Shown: positions 41,256 to 52,217, counted from the stretch's first letter. The stretch is 64,000 bases of DNA from Candidatus Delongbacteria bacterium (GCA_963663545.1 OY760505.1:3488001-3552000), one strand, 5' to 3'. Notes: generated from the sequence alone by a model not told the origin. Made by a program: numbers and translations.

Positions 41256-42281
41256 GTGGCGAACAAGCCGGGGCGATTGCGCACCTTCATGACCACTCAT
41301 CTGCGCACCAAGATCATGGCGCTGGTGCTGGCTGGCATCTGCTGGTTTTTTGTGCGCACCGACCAGATCATGGAAGTGGACTTCACCTTTCCGTTGGTGG
41401 TCGACATGGCGGAAACACCGGACATGGTATTGCTGCAGGCACCTCCACAGACGGTCGACGTGCGCTTGCGCGGTCGTGGACGCAGTCTGTTGTGGTTTGC
41501 GCTGACCAGCTCCGGCGAGTACGTGCTCAAGCCCGATCCGCGTAACGAGTCTCACGGCGTGTCCACCAAGAACCTGCATCTGCGCCGTGCCAGCGATCTG
41601 GCGGTGCAGTCGATCTTTCCCTCCTACATTCAGCTCGAAATGGATTACATCAGCTCCATTTCGCTGCCCGTGCTGCTGAACGGGCTGGTGGAGCCAGCCG
41701 AGGACTACCTCCTCACCGATGGTCCGGTCATTTCACCGGAGCGAGTTGAGGTGAGCGGCCCCGCCAGTATTCTCGATACTCTGAAAGTCGTGCAGACCGC
41801 GCGTGTGGAACTGCTGCGGCGCCGGCGTGACGTGGCGGAAGCCGTGCGCCTGCGTCTGCCATGGCCTACCTTGCGACTGAACCCCGAGAGCATCAGCCTG
41901 AAGGCGCGCATCGAGCGCATCAGCCAGCGGCGCTTTACGCAGATTCCGCTGGAGGTCATTGGTCTGCCCGACAGCCTGGATATTCAACCGCGCAGCTTCG
42001 CCATTACCGTTATTGGTGGTGAGCGGCAGCTGGAGATGATTGACTCCGGCGATGTGCACGCGCGCGTGGATTACAACAAGCTGCTGCCCGGTGCGCGGCG
42101 AATGCCCTGTCAGGTTCTGCTGCCCTCGGGCTACAGCTGGCGTGATCCCGAACCTGCCCTCTTCGACCTGGTGCCGCGCGGGGCTGTGGACAGTCTGCGC
42201 TTGCTGCCCGCCGATAGCGTGGCCGTTGATGACAGCACTGCGGAAAGTGCGGCCGATCGCCGCTGGTGGAAGCGTCCATGA
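41256..42281 (+). CDS. CdaR/YbbR-like domain protein
   Basis: KIMALVLA..WFFV anchor; three YbbR-type repeats (PQTVDVRLRG, PERVEVSGP, PRSFAITVIG). Confidence 0.75.
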   Translation: MANKPGRLRTFMTTHLRTKIMALVLAGICWFFVRTDQIMEVDFTFPLVVDMAETPDMVLLQAPPQTVDVRLRGRGRSLLWFALTSSGEYVLKPDPRNESHGVSTKNLHLRRASDLAVQSIFPSYIQLEMDYISSISLPVLLNGLVEPAEDYLLTDGPVISPERVEVSGPASILDTLKVVQTARVELLRRRRDVAEAVRLRLPWPTLRLNPESISLKARIERISQRRFTQIPLEVIGLPDSLDIQPRSFAITVIGGERQLEMIDSGDVHARVDYNKLLPGARRMPCQVLLPSGYSWRDPEPALFDLVPRGAVDSLRLLPADSVAVDDSTAESAADRRWWKRP

Positions 42282-43288
42282 TCCTGCTCGGCATCGAAAG
42301 CTCCTGCGACGAAACCGCAGCCGCCGTGATACGCGGCAACGAAGTCCTTTCCAGCGTGGTTTCCACTCAGCTTATACATCAACAGTGGGGCGGCGTGGTG
42401 CCCGAGCTGGCTAGTCGCGAGCATCTACGCGTGATACAGCCTGTTGTGACACAGGCTTTACGTGATGCTGGCGTGGACCACGCCGATCTGCAGGCCTTGG
42501 CAGCCACCCGCGGTCCTGGTCTGTTGGGAAGCCTGCTGGTGGGCTACCATTACGCCAAGGGGCTGGCGCTGGCGCTGCAAGTTCCCTTTCTTGGCGTGAA
42601 TCACATGGAAGGCCACATCTACGCCAACTTCACCGATGAAGAAGAGCCTGTGCTGCCCGCGCTGGTACTGGTGGTCAGCGGAGGTCACACGCAATTGGTG
42701 CTGATGCCCGCGCCTCGCGAGTATCACATCATCGGCGAGACCATCGACGACGCCGTCGGTGAGTGCTTCGACAAAGTGTCGCAGCTCTTGGAGCTGGGCT
42801 ATCCCGGCGGTCCTGCCATCAGTCGGGAGGCGGAAGGCGGCGATCCGCGTGCGGTGGATTTCCCCATTGCCTTGCGTGGACGCGAGGGCTTCGATTTCTC
42901 CTTCAGCGGACTCAAAACCGCCGTGCTCAACCATTTGCGCGCCCTGAGCGAAGAGGAACGGATCAGCAGACGCGCCGATATCTGCGCTTCTTTCCAGGCT
43001 ACTGCTGTGGCTGCCTTGGTGCGACAGACACAACGTGCGGTAGACCATTACAACGTACGTACGCTGATTCTGGCAGGAGGCGTAGCGGCCAACGGGCTTC
43101 TGCGCGAGGATTTGACGCGGCTCTATCCCGCCGGGACACTGGATCTGCACTTACCCGAGCGCGCTTACTGCACCGACAATGCGGTCATGATTGCGCGCGC
43201 CGCCCACGGACGACTGTCCCGCGGTGAACGCAGCGAGTTGGGGCTGGACGCCACTCCGCGCATGCGCCTGGGTGAGGAGCGCGCGTGA
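42278..43288 (+). CDS. tsaD: t6A synthesis protein TsaD
   Basis: LGIESSCDET, GGVVPELASR, HMEGH, SGGHT, FSFSGLKT, CTDNAVMI. Confidence 0.97.
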   Translation: MILLGIESSCDETAAAVIRGNEVLSSVVSTQLIHQQWGGVVPELASREHLRVIQPVVTQALRDAGVDHADLQALAATRGPGLLGSLLVGYHYAKGLALALQVPFLGVNHMEGHIYANFTDEEEPVLPALVLVVSGGHTQLVLMPAPREYHIIGETIDDAVGECFDKVSQLLELGYPGGPAISREAEGGDPRAVDFPIALRGREGFDFSFSGLKTAVLNHLRALSEEERISRRADICASFQATAVAALVRQTQRAVDHYNVRTLILAGGVAANGLLREDLTRLYPAGTLDLHLPERAYCTDNAVMIARAAHGRLSRGERSELGLDATPRMRLGEERA

Positions 43289-45417
43289 TGCAGGACTTTG
43301 TGCTCAGTTTGGGGGCCTGGTGGCCGCTGCTGCTCCTGCCCCTCGCGATTTGGATCACAATTCGCAGCTATGCCGTGACACGTCCGCAGCCGGTCGGGAT
43401 GCTGAAGCGCCTGTTACCCGCGCTGCGGCTGCTGACCTTTCTTGCGGTCATCGTGCTGGCCTGCCGTCTGCGACTGGGCTGGCAGGAAGTACACCAGGAG
43501 CCCGCGCGACTTGCCGTACTCTTTGATAACAGTGCCAGCATGCCCTTTGTGGAAGCGCGCACGGAGGTGGATTGGTACGCGGATCTTGCACGCTCTCTGC
43601 CGGAAATGGAGCTGGAATGCTGGGCTTTTGGCGATAGCCTGTATCCGCTGAAGACGCCACAGGAATTGCACTTTGACGAAGGCCTGAGTAATCCGGCAGC
43701 CGCACTGCGGCAGCTGAGCGAAGATGCGCGCGTGCGCCCGCTGAGCGGCGTGCTGCTGGTGAGCGATGGTACGCTGAGCAGCGGCAACTGGCCGGTGGAA
43801 ACCGCCAGACGCGCACCTTTCCGCACCTGGGTTGCGGTCAGCGGCAGGCGCCAGCCACCGGCAGATCTGCAACTTCGGCGTATCACGGCCAACAGCCCCG
43901 CGCGAGTGGGATTGAGCGAGCCGGTGCAGGTGGAAGTGGGCGCACATGGCCTTGAAGGACACCGGGTTCGCGTCGAGCTACTTGCCGCAGGAAAGCGTGT
44001 GGCTGATCGAGAGTTCACCTTGGGCGCCGATGGCGCTTTTCAGGAAGCCGTCTTTGACTGGGTGCCCGATCAAACCGGAACGAGCGTTCTGAGCGCGCGA
44101 GCCAGCCTGCTGGAGCGTGAACCACAGGAAAGCAGCCAGGACAACAACCAGCGCAGCCTTCATGTAAAAGTGCGCGAGGCGGCACGCGATCTGCTGCTGC
44201 TGGCCGACCGGCCTTCGGCAGACCTGGGCTTTGTCACACGCACACTGCAGGCACAGGACGAGTTTCGTCTGCACAAGCTGCTGCCACAGGAGCCTGGGGG
44301 ACGTGTATCACCAGCGGAAGTCGAAGCCGCCGTGAGCGAGGCCGACTTGGTTGTGATGCTGGACTGGCCGCGCCGTGATACACCGGTGGAGGAGTGGCAG
44401 GCACTACGTCCGCTGCTGGCCCGCAAACCGCTCTTTGTCTGTGCCGGATCGGACCTGGACCTGCAGCGGCTTTCGGGCCTATTGCCGGTGACGGGTTCCT
44501 CCCCGCTGCGTAAATCAGAGCCGGGCGGCGTGAAAGCCGAGAGCGTGCACCCCGTGTTGGGTGAAGAAGTTCTGCTGCGTGATCTAAGCGCCGTCTGGGA
44601 GGCCATGCCGCCCATTCTGTTCCCCAGGCCGGAGCTGCTACCGGTGGGCGACGCGCGCGTGCTGCTGCGTCGAAGTGATACGGCAGGAACGCCTGTGTTG
44701 GTACTTGGCGATGCGGCGGGAGTGCGCCGGGCTTGTCTGGGAGCAGAGAATTTCTGGCGCTGGGAGATCGGCAGTCAGCTCAGTCTGGGCGAGAACACCC
44801 GTGCGCAGGACTGGCTGCTGGCGCAATTGCGCTGGCTGGATGCCGGCGAAGAACTGCATCTGCTTAGCGTGCAGGCCGATCGTGAGGTGCTTAGCGTCGG
44901 CGACGAAGTGCGTTTCAGCGCGCGCTTGCGAGAGGAAGATGGTCATCCGCGCGGGGGAGCTTCACTGAATCTGGAGTTGATCGACAGCAGTGGCGTGATT
45001 CAGCGGCTGCCCATGCTTCCCGCTGATGCAGGCGAGTATCACACTGCGGCGCGCATCGCCAGAGCCGGTGCCTGGCGCTGGCGGGTGAGCGCCAGCGAGG
45101 GCGATCGCCGCGTGCTGGCGGACAGCGGCCTGGTGACGGTGGAAACCTTCAGCCCCGAACAGCTAGCACTGACGGCGGACGTGAACCTGGCGGCGCAGAT
45201 CGCGGCGGCCGGTGGCGGAAGTCTGATCGACCTGGACCGTGATACAGCGCGGGATTCTTTGGCGCGCGGTCTGAGCTTCGCGGATCTGGACCGCAGCCCG
45301 CGGGTCTCGACGCGCCCCCACGAACTACACCTGGTGGATCAGCTCTGGCTGCTCTATGCGCTGCTGGGCTTACTAGCGGTGGAATGGTTGTTGCGCCGTT
45401 TGTGGGGTCTCTTGTAA
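43288..45417 (+). CDS. Membrane-anchored vWA-domain protein
   Basis: Two N-terminal TMs, DNSASM MIDAS, LVSDG, C-terminal TM ending EWLLRR. Confidence 0.75.
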   Translation: MQDFVLSLGAWWPLLLLPLAIWITIRSYAVTRPQPVGMLKRLLPALRLLTFLAVIVLACRLRLGWQEVHQEPARLAVLFDNSASMPFVEARTEVDWYADLARSLPEMELECWAFGDSLYPLKTPQELHFDEGLSNPAAALRQLSEDARVRPLSGVLLVSDGTLSSGNWPVETARRAPFRTWVAVSGRRQPPADLQLRRITANSPARVGLSEPVQVEVGAHGLEGHRVRVELLAAGKRVADREFTLGADGAFQEAVFDWVPDQTGTSVLSARASLLEREPQESSQDNNQRSLHVKVREAARDLLLLADRPSADLGFVTRTLQAQDEFRLHKLLPQEPGGRVSPAEVEAAVSEADLVVMLDWPRRDTPVEEWQALRPLLARKPLFVCAGSDLDLQRLSGLLPVTGSSPLRKSEPGGVKAESVHPVLGEEVLLRDLSAVWEAMPPILFPRPELLPVGDARVLLRRSDTAGTPVLVLGDAAGVRRACLGAENFWRWEIGSQLSLGENTRAQDWLLAQLRWLDAGEELHLLSVQADREVLSVGDEVRFSARLREEDGHPRGGASLNLELIDSSGVIQRLPMLPADAGEYHTAARIARAGAWRWRVSASEGDRRVLADSGLVTVETFSPEQLALTADVNLAAQIAAAGGGSLIDLDRDTARDSLARGLSFADLDRSPRVSTRPHELHLVDQLWLLYALLGLLAVEWLLRRLWGLL

Positions 45418-45627
45418 CACGGCAATGAATTCTTTGTGCGCGGTATGGACTTCGCACTGTGATACGCGCAGGAACCGGAGAATGCGAAGGTCCTGCGAAA
45501 GCGCCTGGGACGCGCACCCGCGAGGCGCGGACAGGCGCGAGCCCGATCGGGATTCTTCTTGTGCTTCCTTCTGCGTGCGCGAATCGAGCTCAGTACCTGG
45601 TGATAAAGTGAGAGTAGCGAGGCGAAG

Positions 45628-46098
45628 ATGGCTGTGGAAATCGAACGTCGCTTTTTTGTGCGCGGAGACGACTGGCGCGGGGGGCCTGAGCCGCAGCATC
45701 TGCGTCAGGGCTATTTCTGTAGCGAGAGCCTGCTCACTTGGCGCGTGCGCCTGAGTCTGAGGTGTCGCGAAGCCTGGTTTACCGTCAAAGCGCCGGGTGA
45801 CGGTCTCAGCCGCCCCGAATATGAGTGGTCCATTCCCTTTGCGGACGCGCAGGAGCTCATCGTCTACTGCGAGGATCGCGTGGTGGAGAAGCTGCGCTAC
45901 ACGCGCGAGCACGCCGGTCGCGTGTGGGTCATCGATGAGTTTCTGGAGCTGAACGCGGGACTGCTGCTGGCCGAGGTGGAGTTGGAAGCGCCCGACGCCC
46001 ACGTGGAACTGCCACCCTGGGCGAGCACTGAAATCACCGGCCGCCCGGGGCTGAGCAATCTGGCGCTGGCGCTGGAGCCCTGGACAGGGCGCAAGTAG
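45628..46098 (+). CDS. CYTH domain protein
   Basis: EIERRF, QGY, EYE, EKLRY, AEVEL. Confidence 0.88.
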   Translation: MAVEIERRFFVRGDDWRGGPEPQHLRQGYFCSESLLTWRVRLSLRCREAWFTVKAPGDGLSRPEYEWSIPFADAQELIVYCEDRVVEKLRYTREHAGRVWVIDEFLELNAGLLLAEVELEAPDAHVELPPWASTEITGRPGLSNLALALEPWTGRK

Positions 46099-46198
46099 CG
46101 GGACGCAGAAATCAGCATTCAGAGGATGGGTCCAGATCGTCAGTCCGTTTAGACCGAGTTACATTAGACTATCGCTGTGATCGTTTCTGGAGGTTGAG

Positions 46199-47674
46199 AT
46201 GTACAAGTGTATTGACCCTCTGCCCGAGAACGCGGGAGACATGAATGATCGGGAGTTGAGCGCACTCAAATCGGTATGGCACGAGAGAAAGCAGGAGCTC
46301 GAAAAAGAGAATGCTCTTGAGTTGTTTCTTGTGAAGTTGCACCGTGAATGGGCGATCGAAACAGGTATCATTGAGCGATTGTATCAATGGGATAGGGGCG
46401 TTACACAAGTACTGATCGAGCAAGGGATTGATGCTTCTCTGATTGCTCACAAGGGTGGCCTGAGCAAAGCTGATGCGGACAATGTAAGCGATATCATCAA
46501 GGACCAGCTAAGCATTGTCGAGGGTCTGTTTACCTTTGTCAAGAGAGAACAGCCTCTTACCGAGCATTTCATACGCAGCCTGCAGCAGCAGTTTACCGCT
46601 CATCAGCGCACAACTGAAGCCCTGGACCAGTTTGGTAATAGAATGCAAGTGGACATTCTTAGGGGGCAGTACAAGATAAGACCGAATAATCCAAAGAGAC
46701 CTGACGGCGAAACTCACGAGTACTGTCCTCCGGAGCTAGTCCCTCAAGAAATGCAAAGACTTGTCCAGATCTATAGGGAACATGAAGATAGCTTCGCTCC
46801 AGAAGTCCTGTCTGCATGGTTGCACCATCGCTTCACGCAGATCCATCCATTTCAAGATGGGAACGGGAGAGTTGCCAGAACGCTTGCTTCTCTTGTGTTC
46901 CTGCGTGATGGGCTGTTTCCCGTAGTAGTGCGTGATTCTGATAGACGAGAATACATCGAAGCACTCGAGACGGCAGATGCGGGTGATCTTTCAAAGCTTG
47001 TTTCGCTCTTTGTGAAGAGGCAGCGCCAATCGCTCCTTTCTGCAATTGGGCTAGAGCAGCAAGTTCAACAGCAGACTTATGTAGATGATATTATTCGCTC
47101 CGGAGCAATGGCGTTAAGGGAGAGGGAATCACGGCAAGTTGAGAGCATTGACAGAGTCTACAAGAATGCAGACGAGCTTCAGAGCACCACCTTTACAAGG
47201 CTGACAGAAATTGCCAACGATCTAACAAGCCAGATAGCAGACATTGGATCCAACCGTGGGCGAGAATACTCTGCATTTGCTGACAAGTCGCTGTCGAATG
47301 AAGAGCGTAGTAACTACTACTACGCCCAGATTGTGGATACAGCAAAGCGCTTTGAATACTACGCCAACTTAGATGTGTACAAATCGTGGTCACATCTGTG
47401 CATTAAAACTGAGAGCAAATTCCACCTCGTGATTAGCATTCATGGATACGGTTTTGGCAAGAGCGGTGTCCTTGCAGCATCGGCATGCACATTTAGGCGG
47501 CTGGTCTCGGATGACAACAGGGCCGAAATTGTCGATTTGTCCCCGAGTATAACCGATTTCTTTCAGTTCAATTATGCTGAACAGGAACAGGGGATTGCTG
47601 CTAGGTACAAGGAATGGCTTGAGGTAGCTTGTGCAATTGCTCTTTCCGAGTGGAAGCGCACGCTAAACCCATAG
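46199..47674 (+). CDS. Fic family protein
   Basis: HPFQDGNGRVAR; lower GC than flanks. Confidence 0.92.
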   Translation: MYKCIDPLPENAGDMNDRELSALKSVWHERKQELEKENALELFLVKLHREWAIETGIIERLYQWDRGVTQVLIEQGIDASLIAHKGGLSKADADNVSDIIKDQLSIVEGLFTFVKREQPLTEHFIRSLQQQFTAHQRTTEALDQFGNRMQVDILRGQYKIRPNNPKRPDGETHEYCPPELVPQEMQRLVQIYREHEDSFAPEVLSAWLHHRFTQIHPFQDGNGRVARTLASLVFLRDGLFPVVVRDSDRREYIEALETADAGDLSKLVSLFVKRQRQSLLSAIGLEQQVQQQTYVDDIIRSGAMALRERESRQVESIDRVYKNADELQSTTFTRLTEIANDLTSQIADIGSNRGREYSAFADKSLSNEERSNYYYAQIVDTAKRFEYYANLDVYKSWSHLCIKTESKFHLVISIHGYGFGKSGVLAASACTFRRLVSDDNRAEIVDLSPSITDFFQFNYAEQEQGIAARYKEWLEVACAIALSEWKRTLNP

Positions 47675-47894
47675 GGAGTTAGCAGCCAATCACCAGGAGT
47701 GGAAGGTAAAAACCTGCCCACCTCTATCTTTTACCAATGCCTATCGCTAAACTGATCGGTTTTTCGAAGAGAACTCAGCCTGGACCCCGCTTTCCGTTGG
47801 AGTGGGATCGGCTGTATCGTGACAGTAGCTGTTCGGAGCAAGGTCCTTCGGGGCCCGTGTCTCCTCATAAGAAGCAATTGGGAGTGCGAGACGC

Positions 47895-49439
47895 ATGAAT
47901 CCCGGCATCGACAAACTGCGCAACAAGCGCGAGCAGGCCATGCAGGGCGGCGGTCCCAAGAGGATCGAGGCCCAGCACGCCAAGGGTAAGCTCACCGCCC
48001 GCGAACGTGTGCTCAAACTGCTGGATGATGGCAGCTTTGAGGAATTGGACATGTTCAAGTCCCACCGCTGCACCGCTTTCGGGTTGGAACAGCAGCAGTT
48101 CCTGGGGGACGGTGTGGTGACCGGTTCCGGCACCATTGATGGTCGTCTGGTCTTTGTGTTCAGCCAGGACTTCACCGTACTGGGGGGCAGCCTTTCCGAG
48201 ACCTTCGCCGAGAAGATCTGCAAGATCATGGACATGGCCCTCAAGGTGGGTGCGCCGGTCATCGGTCTTAACGATTCCGGTGGTGCGCGTATCCAGGAAG
48301 GCATCGAGAGCCTGGCCGGCTACGCCTACATTTTCCAGAAGAACGTGATGGCTTCCGGTGTGGTGCCGCAGATCTCCGCGATCATGGGACCCTGCGCCGG
48401 TGGTGCCGTCTACAGTCCTGCGCTGACCGATGCCATTGTGATGGTCAAGAAGACCTCCACCATGTACGTCACCGGTCCCAAGGTGGTCAAGGCCGTTACA
48501 AGCGAAGAGCTGACGGACGAGGAGCTGGGTGGCGCCATGGTGCACGCGGCCAAGTCCGGTGTGGTGCATTACGCCGCCGACGACGAGGACGAAGCGCTGA
48601 TGCTGATCCGCAAGCTCATCAGCTACCTGCCGCAGAACAACATGGAAGAGCCCCCGGTGATCACCTGCGGCGACCCCGTTGACCGCGAATGCACCATGCT
48701 CAACGACTTCGTGCCCGAGAATCCCAACAAGCCCTACGATATGAAGGAAATCATTCGTGAGCTGGTGGACGGACACGAGTTCCTGGAGCAGCAGCAGTAT
48801 TACGCGCCCAACATCATCACCGGTTTTGCGCGCTTCAACGGTCGCAGTGTGGGCATTGTGGCCAACCAGCCCAGCTATCTGGCCGGTGTGCTGGACAACG
48901 CCTGCTCGATGAAGGCCGCGCGCTTCGTGCGCTTCTGCGACGCCTTCAACATTCCGCTGGTCACCTTCGTGGACGTGCCGGGCTTCCTGCCGGGTTCGAG
49001 CCAGGAATACGGCGGCATCATCAAGAACGGCGCCAAGCTGCTCTACGCCTACTGCGAAGCCACCGTGCCCAAGATCACCCTGATCACCCGCAAAGCCTAC
49101 GGCGGCGCCTACGACGTGATGAGCTCCAAGCACATTCGCGGCGACGTGAACTACGCCTGGCCGACGGCTGAGATTGCCGTGATGGGTGGCAAGGGCGCTG
49201 TGCAGATCCTTTATGGTAAGGAAGCCGCCAAGCAGGAAGATGCCAACGCTTTCCTCGCTGAGAAGGAGAAGGAGTACGTCGATCAGTTCGCCAACCCCTA
49301 CGTGGCTGCCGGACGCGGTTATGTCGACGACGTGATTGAACCGGCCCAGACGCGCTTCCGCATCATCCGTGCCCTGGAGATGTGTGCCAGCAAGCGGGAC
49401 AGCAACCCGCCCAAGAAGCACGGCAACATTCCCCTGTAA
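47895..49439 (+). CDS. mmdA: Methylmalonyl-CoA decarboxylase alpha / acyl-CoA carboxyltransferase
   Basis: [43 protein letters not shown]; operon context. Confidence 0.88.
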   Translation: MNPGIDKLRNKREQAMQGGGPKRIEAQHAKGKLTARERVLKLLDDGSFEELDMFKSHRCTAFGLEQQQFLGDGVVTGSGTIDGRLVFVFSQDFTVLGGSLSETFAEKICKIMDMALKVGAPVIGLNDSGGARIQEGIESLAGYAYIFQKNVMASGVVPQISAIMGPCAGGAVYSPALTDAIVMVKKTSTMYVTGPKVVKAVTSEELTDEELGGAMVHAAKSGVVHYAADDEDEALMLIRKLISYLPQNNMEEPPVITCGDPVDRECTMLNDFVPENPNKPYDMKEIIRELVDGHEFLEQQQYYAPNIITGFARFNGRSVGIVANQPSYLAGVLDNACSMKAARFVRFCDAFNIPLVTFVDVPGFLPGSSQEYGGIIKNGAKLLYAYCEATVPKITLITRKAYGGAYDVMSSKHIRGDVNYAWPTAEIAVMGGKGAVQILYGKEAAKQEDANAFLAEKEKEYVDQFANPYVAAGRGYVDDVIEPAQTRFRIIRALEMCASKRDSNPPKKHGNIPL

Positions 49440-49451
49440 GCGGAGGAGAGC

Positions 49452-49925
49452 ATGAAGTCTCTGACAATCCTGCCGCTGCTGCTGAGCGCTACGCCGGTAA
49501 TGGCCTCCGGGCACGAAGAAGCCGAAATGCTGGGTAGCCTGGCGGTCGGTTTTGGCACCGTGTTCATTGGTCTGCTGGCTCTGCTGAGCAGTATGTACAT
49601 CGTGGCAGCCCTGGTGGCCGCTCCGGAGAAGCGTAAAGCGGCCAAAGCAGCGCAGGCGGCTCAGGCAGCCAGCGCGGGTCTTCAGGTTAAGTCGGCACAA
49701 GCGGCTGTGGGCGAGGGTGAACTGGCGGCGATCGCCATGGCCCTGTACCTGCACGATCGTGGCCTGGCCGCCGAGCTGGACCAGCGACTGACCTGGTCGC
49801 AAATGAACAAACCCTTCAGTCCCTGGGTGCAGGACGGCAAGGGAACGATGCACACGCACCGCATCAACCTGCACGCGACCAGCGCCACCGGGCGGATTCC
49901 GCGTCGCAGCGGCGAATCCAAGTAG
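49452..49925 (+). CDS. mmdD: OadG/MmdD-like delta subunit
   Basis: GFGTVFIGL TM, Ala-rich linker, AAIAMAL. Confidence 0.75.
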   Translation: MKSLTILPLLLSATPVMASGHEEAEMLGSLAVGFGTVFIGLLALLSSMYIVAALVAAPEKRKAAKAAQAAQAASAGLQVKSAQAAVGEGELAAIAMALYLHDRGLAAELDQRLTWSQMNKPFSPWVQDGKGTMHTHRINLHATSATGRIPRRSGESK

Positions 49926-49938
49926 GCAGGAGCCAAGC

Positions 49939-50376
49939 ATGAATACCTATAAGCTTCGCATCGCCGGCGACAATTATGAGGTGAAGATCCTCAGTCGCGA
50001 CGAGAACGTGGCTCGTCTGGCGGTCAACGGCAATGAAGTCGAGGTGGAAATTCTACCCGACGAACGCAAGGTGAGCAAAACGCCCAAGCTGTCCCGTCCT
50101 AGCGTGATCGCGGACACCGTGGCCAAAGAGCCCACTACCGTTCGCCCCAGCGGCGACAAGGGTGCGGGTGTGGTCAAGGCACCGCTGCCCGGTTCGATCT
50201 TCAAGCTGCACGTCAAGGTGGGCGACGAGGTCAAGGCCGGTCAGGTGGTCCTGATCATGGAAGCCATGAAAATGGAGAACGAAATCCACTGCGCCGTTGG
50301 CGGAACCGTCAAGGACCTCCGCATCAAGGAAGGCGACAGCGTGCTCGAAGGTGACACGCTGCTTGTCATCGAGTAG
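49939..50376 (+). CDS. mmdC: Biotin carrier subunit
   Basis: APLPG, EAMKMENE. Confidence 0.9.
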   Translation: MNTYKLRIAGDNYEVKILSRDENVARLAVNGNEVEVEILPDERKVSKTPKLSRPSVIADTVAKEPTTVRPSGDKGAGVVKAPLPGSIFKLHVKVGDEVKAGQVVLIMEAMKMENEIHCAVGGTVKDLRIKEGDSVLEGDTLLVIE

Positions 50377-50387
50377 GGGGTCTGTGC

Positions 50388-51545
50388 ATGGAGACCATTA
50401 TCAATTATTGGGCCTATACCGGCTTTGCGAACGGAATCCTCGGCAATTACATCATGATTGCTGTGGGTCTGTTCTTTGTCTGGTTGGGCATTTACAAGAA
50501 ATACGAACCGCTATTGCTGGTGCCCATCGGCTTCGGCGTAGTGGTCGGCAACATTCCTTTCCTGCAGGGCCAGTTCATTGGTGTCTACGAAGCCATGATG
50601 CAGGACGACGGCACGATGCGCCGCAGCGTGTTCAACATCCTTTATCAGGGTGTAACACAGGGCGTGTATCCGCCGCTGATCTTCCTGGGCATTGGCGCGA
50701 TGACCGATTTCTCTGCGCTGATCTCCAATCCTAAGTTGGTGCTGCTGGGTGCGGCTGCGCAGATCGGCATCTTCACTACTTTCATCGGCGCCATGCTGCT
50801 GGGCTTTACGGGCGCTGAAGCCGGTGCCATCGGCATCATCGGTGGTGCGGACGGCCCGACGGCCATCTTCTGCAGCTCCATGCTGGCTCCGCACCTGCTG
50901 GGGCCCATCGCCATCGCCGCGTATTCTTACATGGCGCTGGTGCCGGTGATTCAGCCGCCGGTCATGTACCTGCTGACCACCAAGAAAGAGCGCCTGATCA
51001 AGATGAAGGCGCCGCGTCCGGTGCCCAAGACCGAGAAGATCATCTTTCCGATCGCTGGCTTTATTGTGACCACCTTCATCGCACCCAGTGCGCTGAACCT
51101 GCTGGGCATGCTCTTCTTCGGCAACCTGCTGAAGGAAAGCGGCGTGACCGAGCGTCTGGCCAACACCGCGCGTAATGCGATGATCGATTCGGTGACCATT
51201 CTGCTGGGACTGTGCGTGGGCATGAGCACTCAGGCGGACGTGTTCCTGTCGGGCAAGAGTGTGCTGATTTTCGGTCTGGGTGCTGCCAGTTTTGTGGTGG
51301 CCACTGCAGGTGGACTGCTCTTTGCCAAGTTCATGAACCTCTTCCTGAAGGAAGGCAACAAGCTGAATCCGCTGGTGGGTGCGGCAGGTGTGAGCGCGGT
51401 GCCGGATAGTGCCCGCGTGGTGCATCATGTGGGCTCGAAGGCGGATCCGACCAACTTCCTGCTGATGCACGCCATGGGACCGAATGTCGCGGGTGTGATC
51501 GGTAGTGCTATCGCGGCGGGAGTAATGTTGAGTCTGTTGCGCTAG
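50388..51545 (+). CDS. mmdB: Na+-translocating decarboxylase beta subunit
   Basis: EPLLLVPIGFG, IGIIGGADGPT, GVSAVP, MGPNVAGVIGS. Confidence 0.93.
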   Translation: METIINYWAYTGFANGILGNYIMIAVGLFFVWLGIYKKYEPLLLVPIGFGVVVGNIPFLQGQFIGVYEAMMQDDGTMRRSVFNILYQGVTQGVYPPLIFLGIGAMTDFSALISNPKLVLLGAAAQIGIFTTFIGAMLLGFTGAEAGAIGIIGGADGPTAIFCSSMLAPHLLGPIAIAAYSYMALVPVIQPPVMYLLTTKKERLIKMKAPRPVPKTEKIIFPIAGFIVTTFIAPSALNLLGMLFFGNLLKESGVTERLANTARNAMIDSVTILLGLCVGMSTQADVFLSGKSVLIFGLGAASFVVATAGGLLFAKFMNLFLKEGNKLNPLVGAAGVSAVPDSARVVHHVGSKADPTNFLLMHAMGPNVAGVIGSAIAAGVMLSLLR

Positions 51546-51560
51546 CCGCGCGGGCTTCTG

Positions 51561-51760
51561 ATCGGTATCGCTATCGGTATCGGTATCGAGTCTTGTTCGA
51601 GATTTACTAGGAGCGGGAGAAATCCCGCTCTTTCTTTTTTCCTGCGGAAGGCAGCCCATGCGGGGAGCTCTCTCCGCCTGGCGGCGGGCTTACGCTGGCG
51701 CTATGCCGAAGGTCTCCTACTTTTCTTTGTGGCGACAAAGAAAAAGTAGGGCAAAAGAAA
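51561..51760 (-). repeat. Inverted relative of the 1908-2034 element
   Basis: atcggtatcgctatcggtatcggt and ctacttttctttg..caaagaaaaagtag hairpin. Confidence 0.6.
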
Positions 51761-52217
51761 ACACTCATTTCCCGACCAGAGGACAGTTGACCGCTGGTCA
51801 ACTGCCGCTGGCGGGTGGGGTGGACCTTCAGTAATGTTTGGTTCATTTGTTCCGACCTTCGGTCGTCACCAATGGCCTGACGGCCATGTTGTGATAGGCT
51901 TGCTGTGGGGTAGGCTTGCTGTTATGCCTCTGCTGCGCAGGGCTTTCTGGATAGAGAGCCCTGAATGCTCTCGTGTCTCATGTAAGAGCTGTGTTACACT
52001 CTCCAAAATGTACCTTCATGTAAGTCATGCTGGCGGCTCGCACTACGCGCTAAGAGGCTACCTTACAACGCCGCCGAACTGTGGAGCGATCGAAGTCCCC
52101 CTCTACGCGAGCAGAAGGTGCCTTCGATCCCCTGATTCTGCTGGATGTGCCTGTGCGGGGGGCTGCTTTCCTGCTTGAGCCGGACCTCGGCGCTTCTGTC
52201 TGCGAAAGGTATGCGCA

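Noticed and set aside
47865..51659. Long antisense ORFs (691 and 382 aa)
   Set aside because: Shadow frames of GC-biased mmd genes with no motifs
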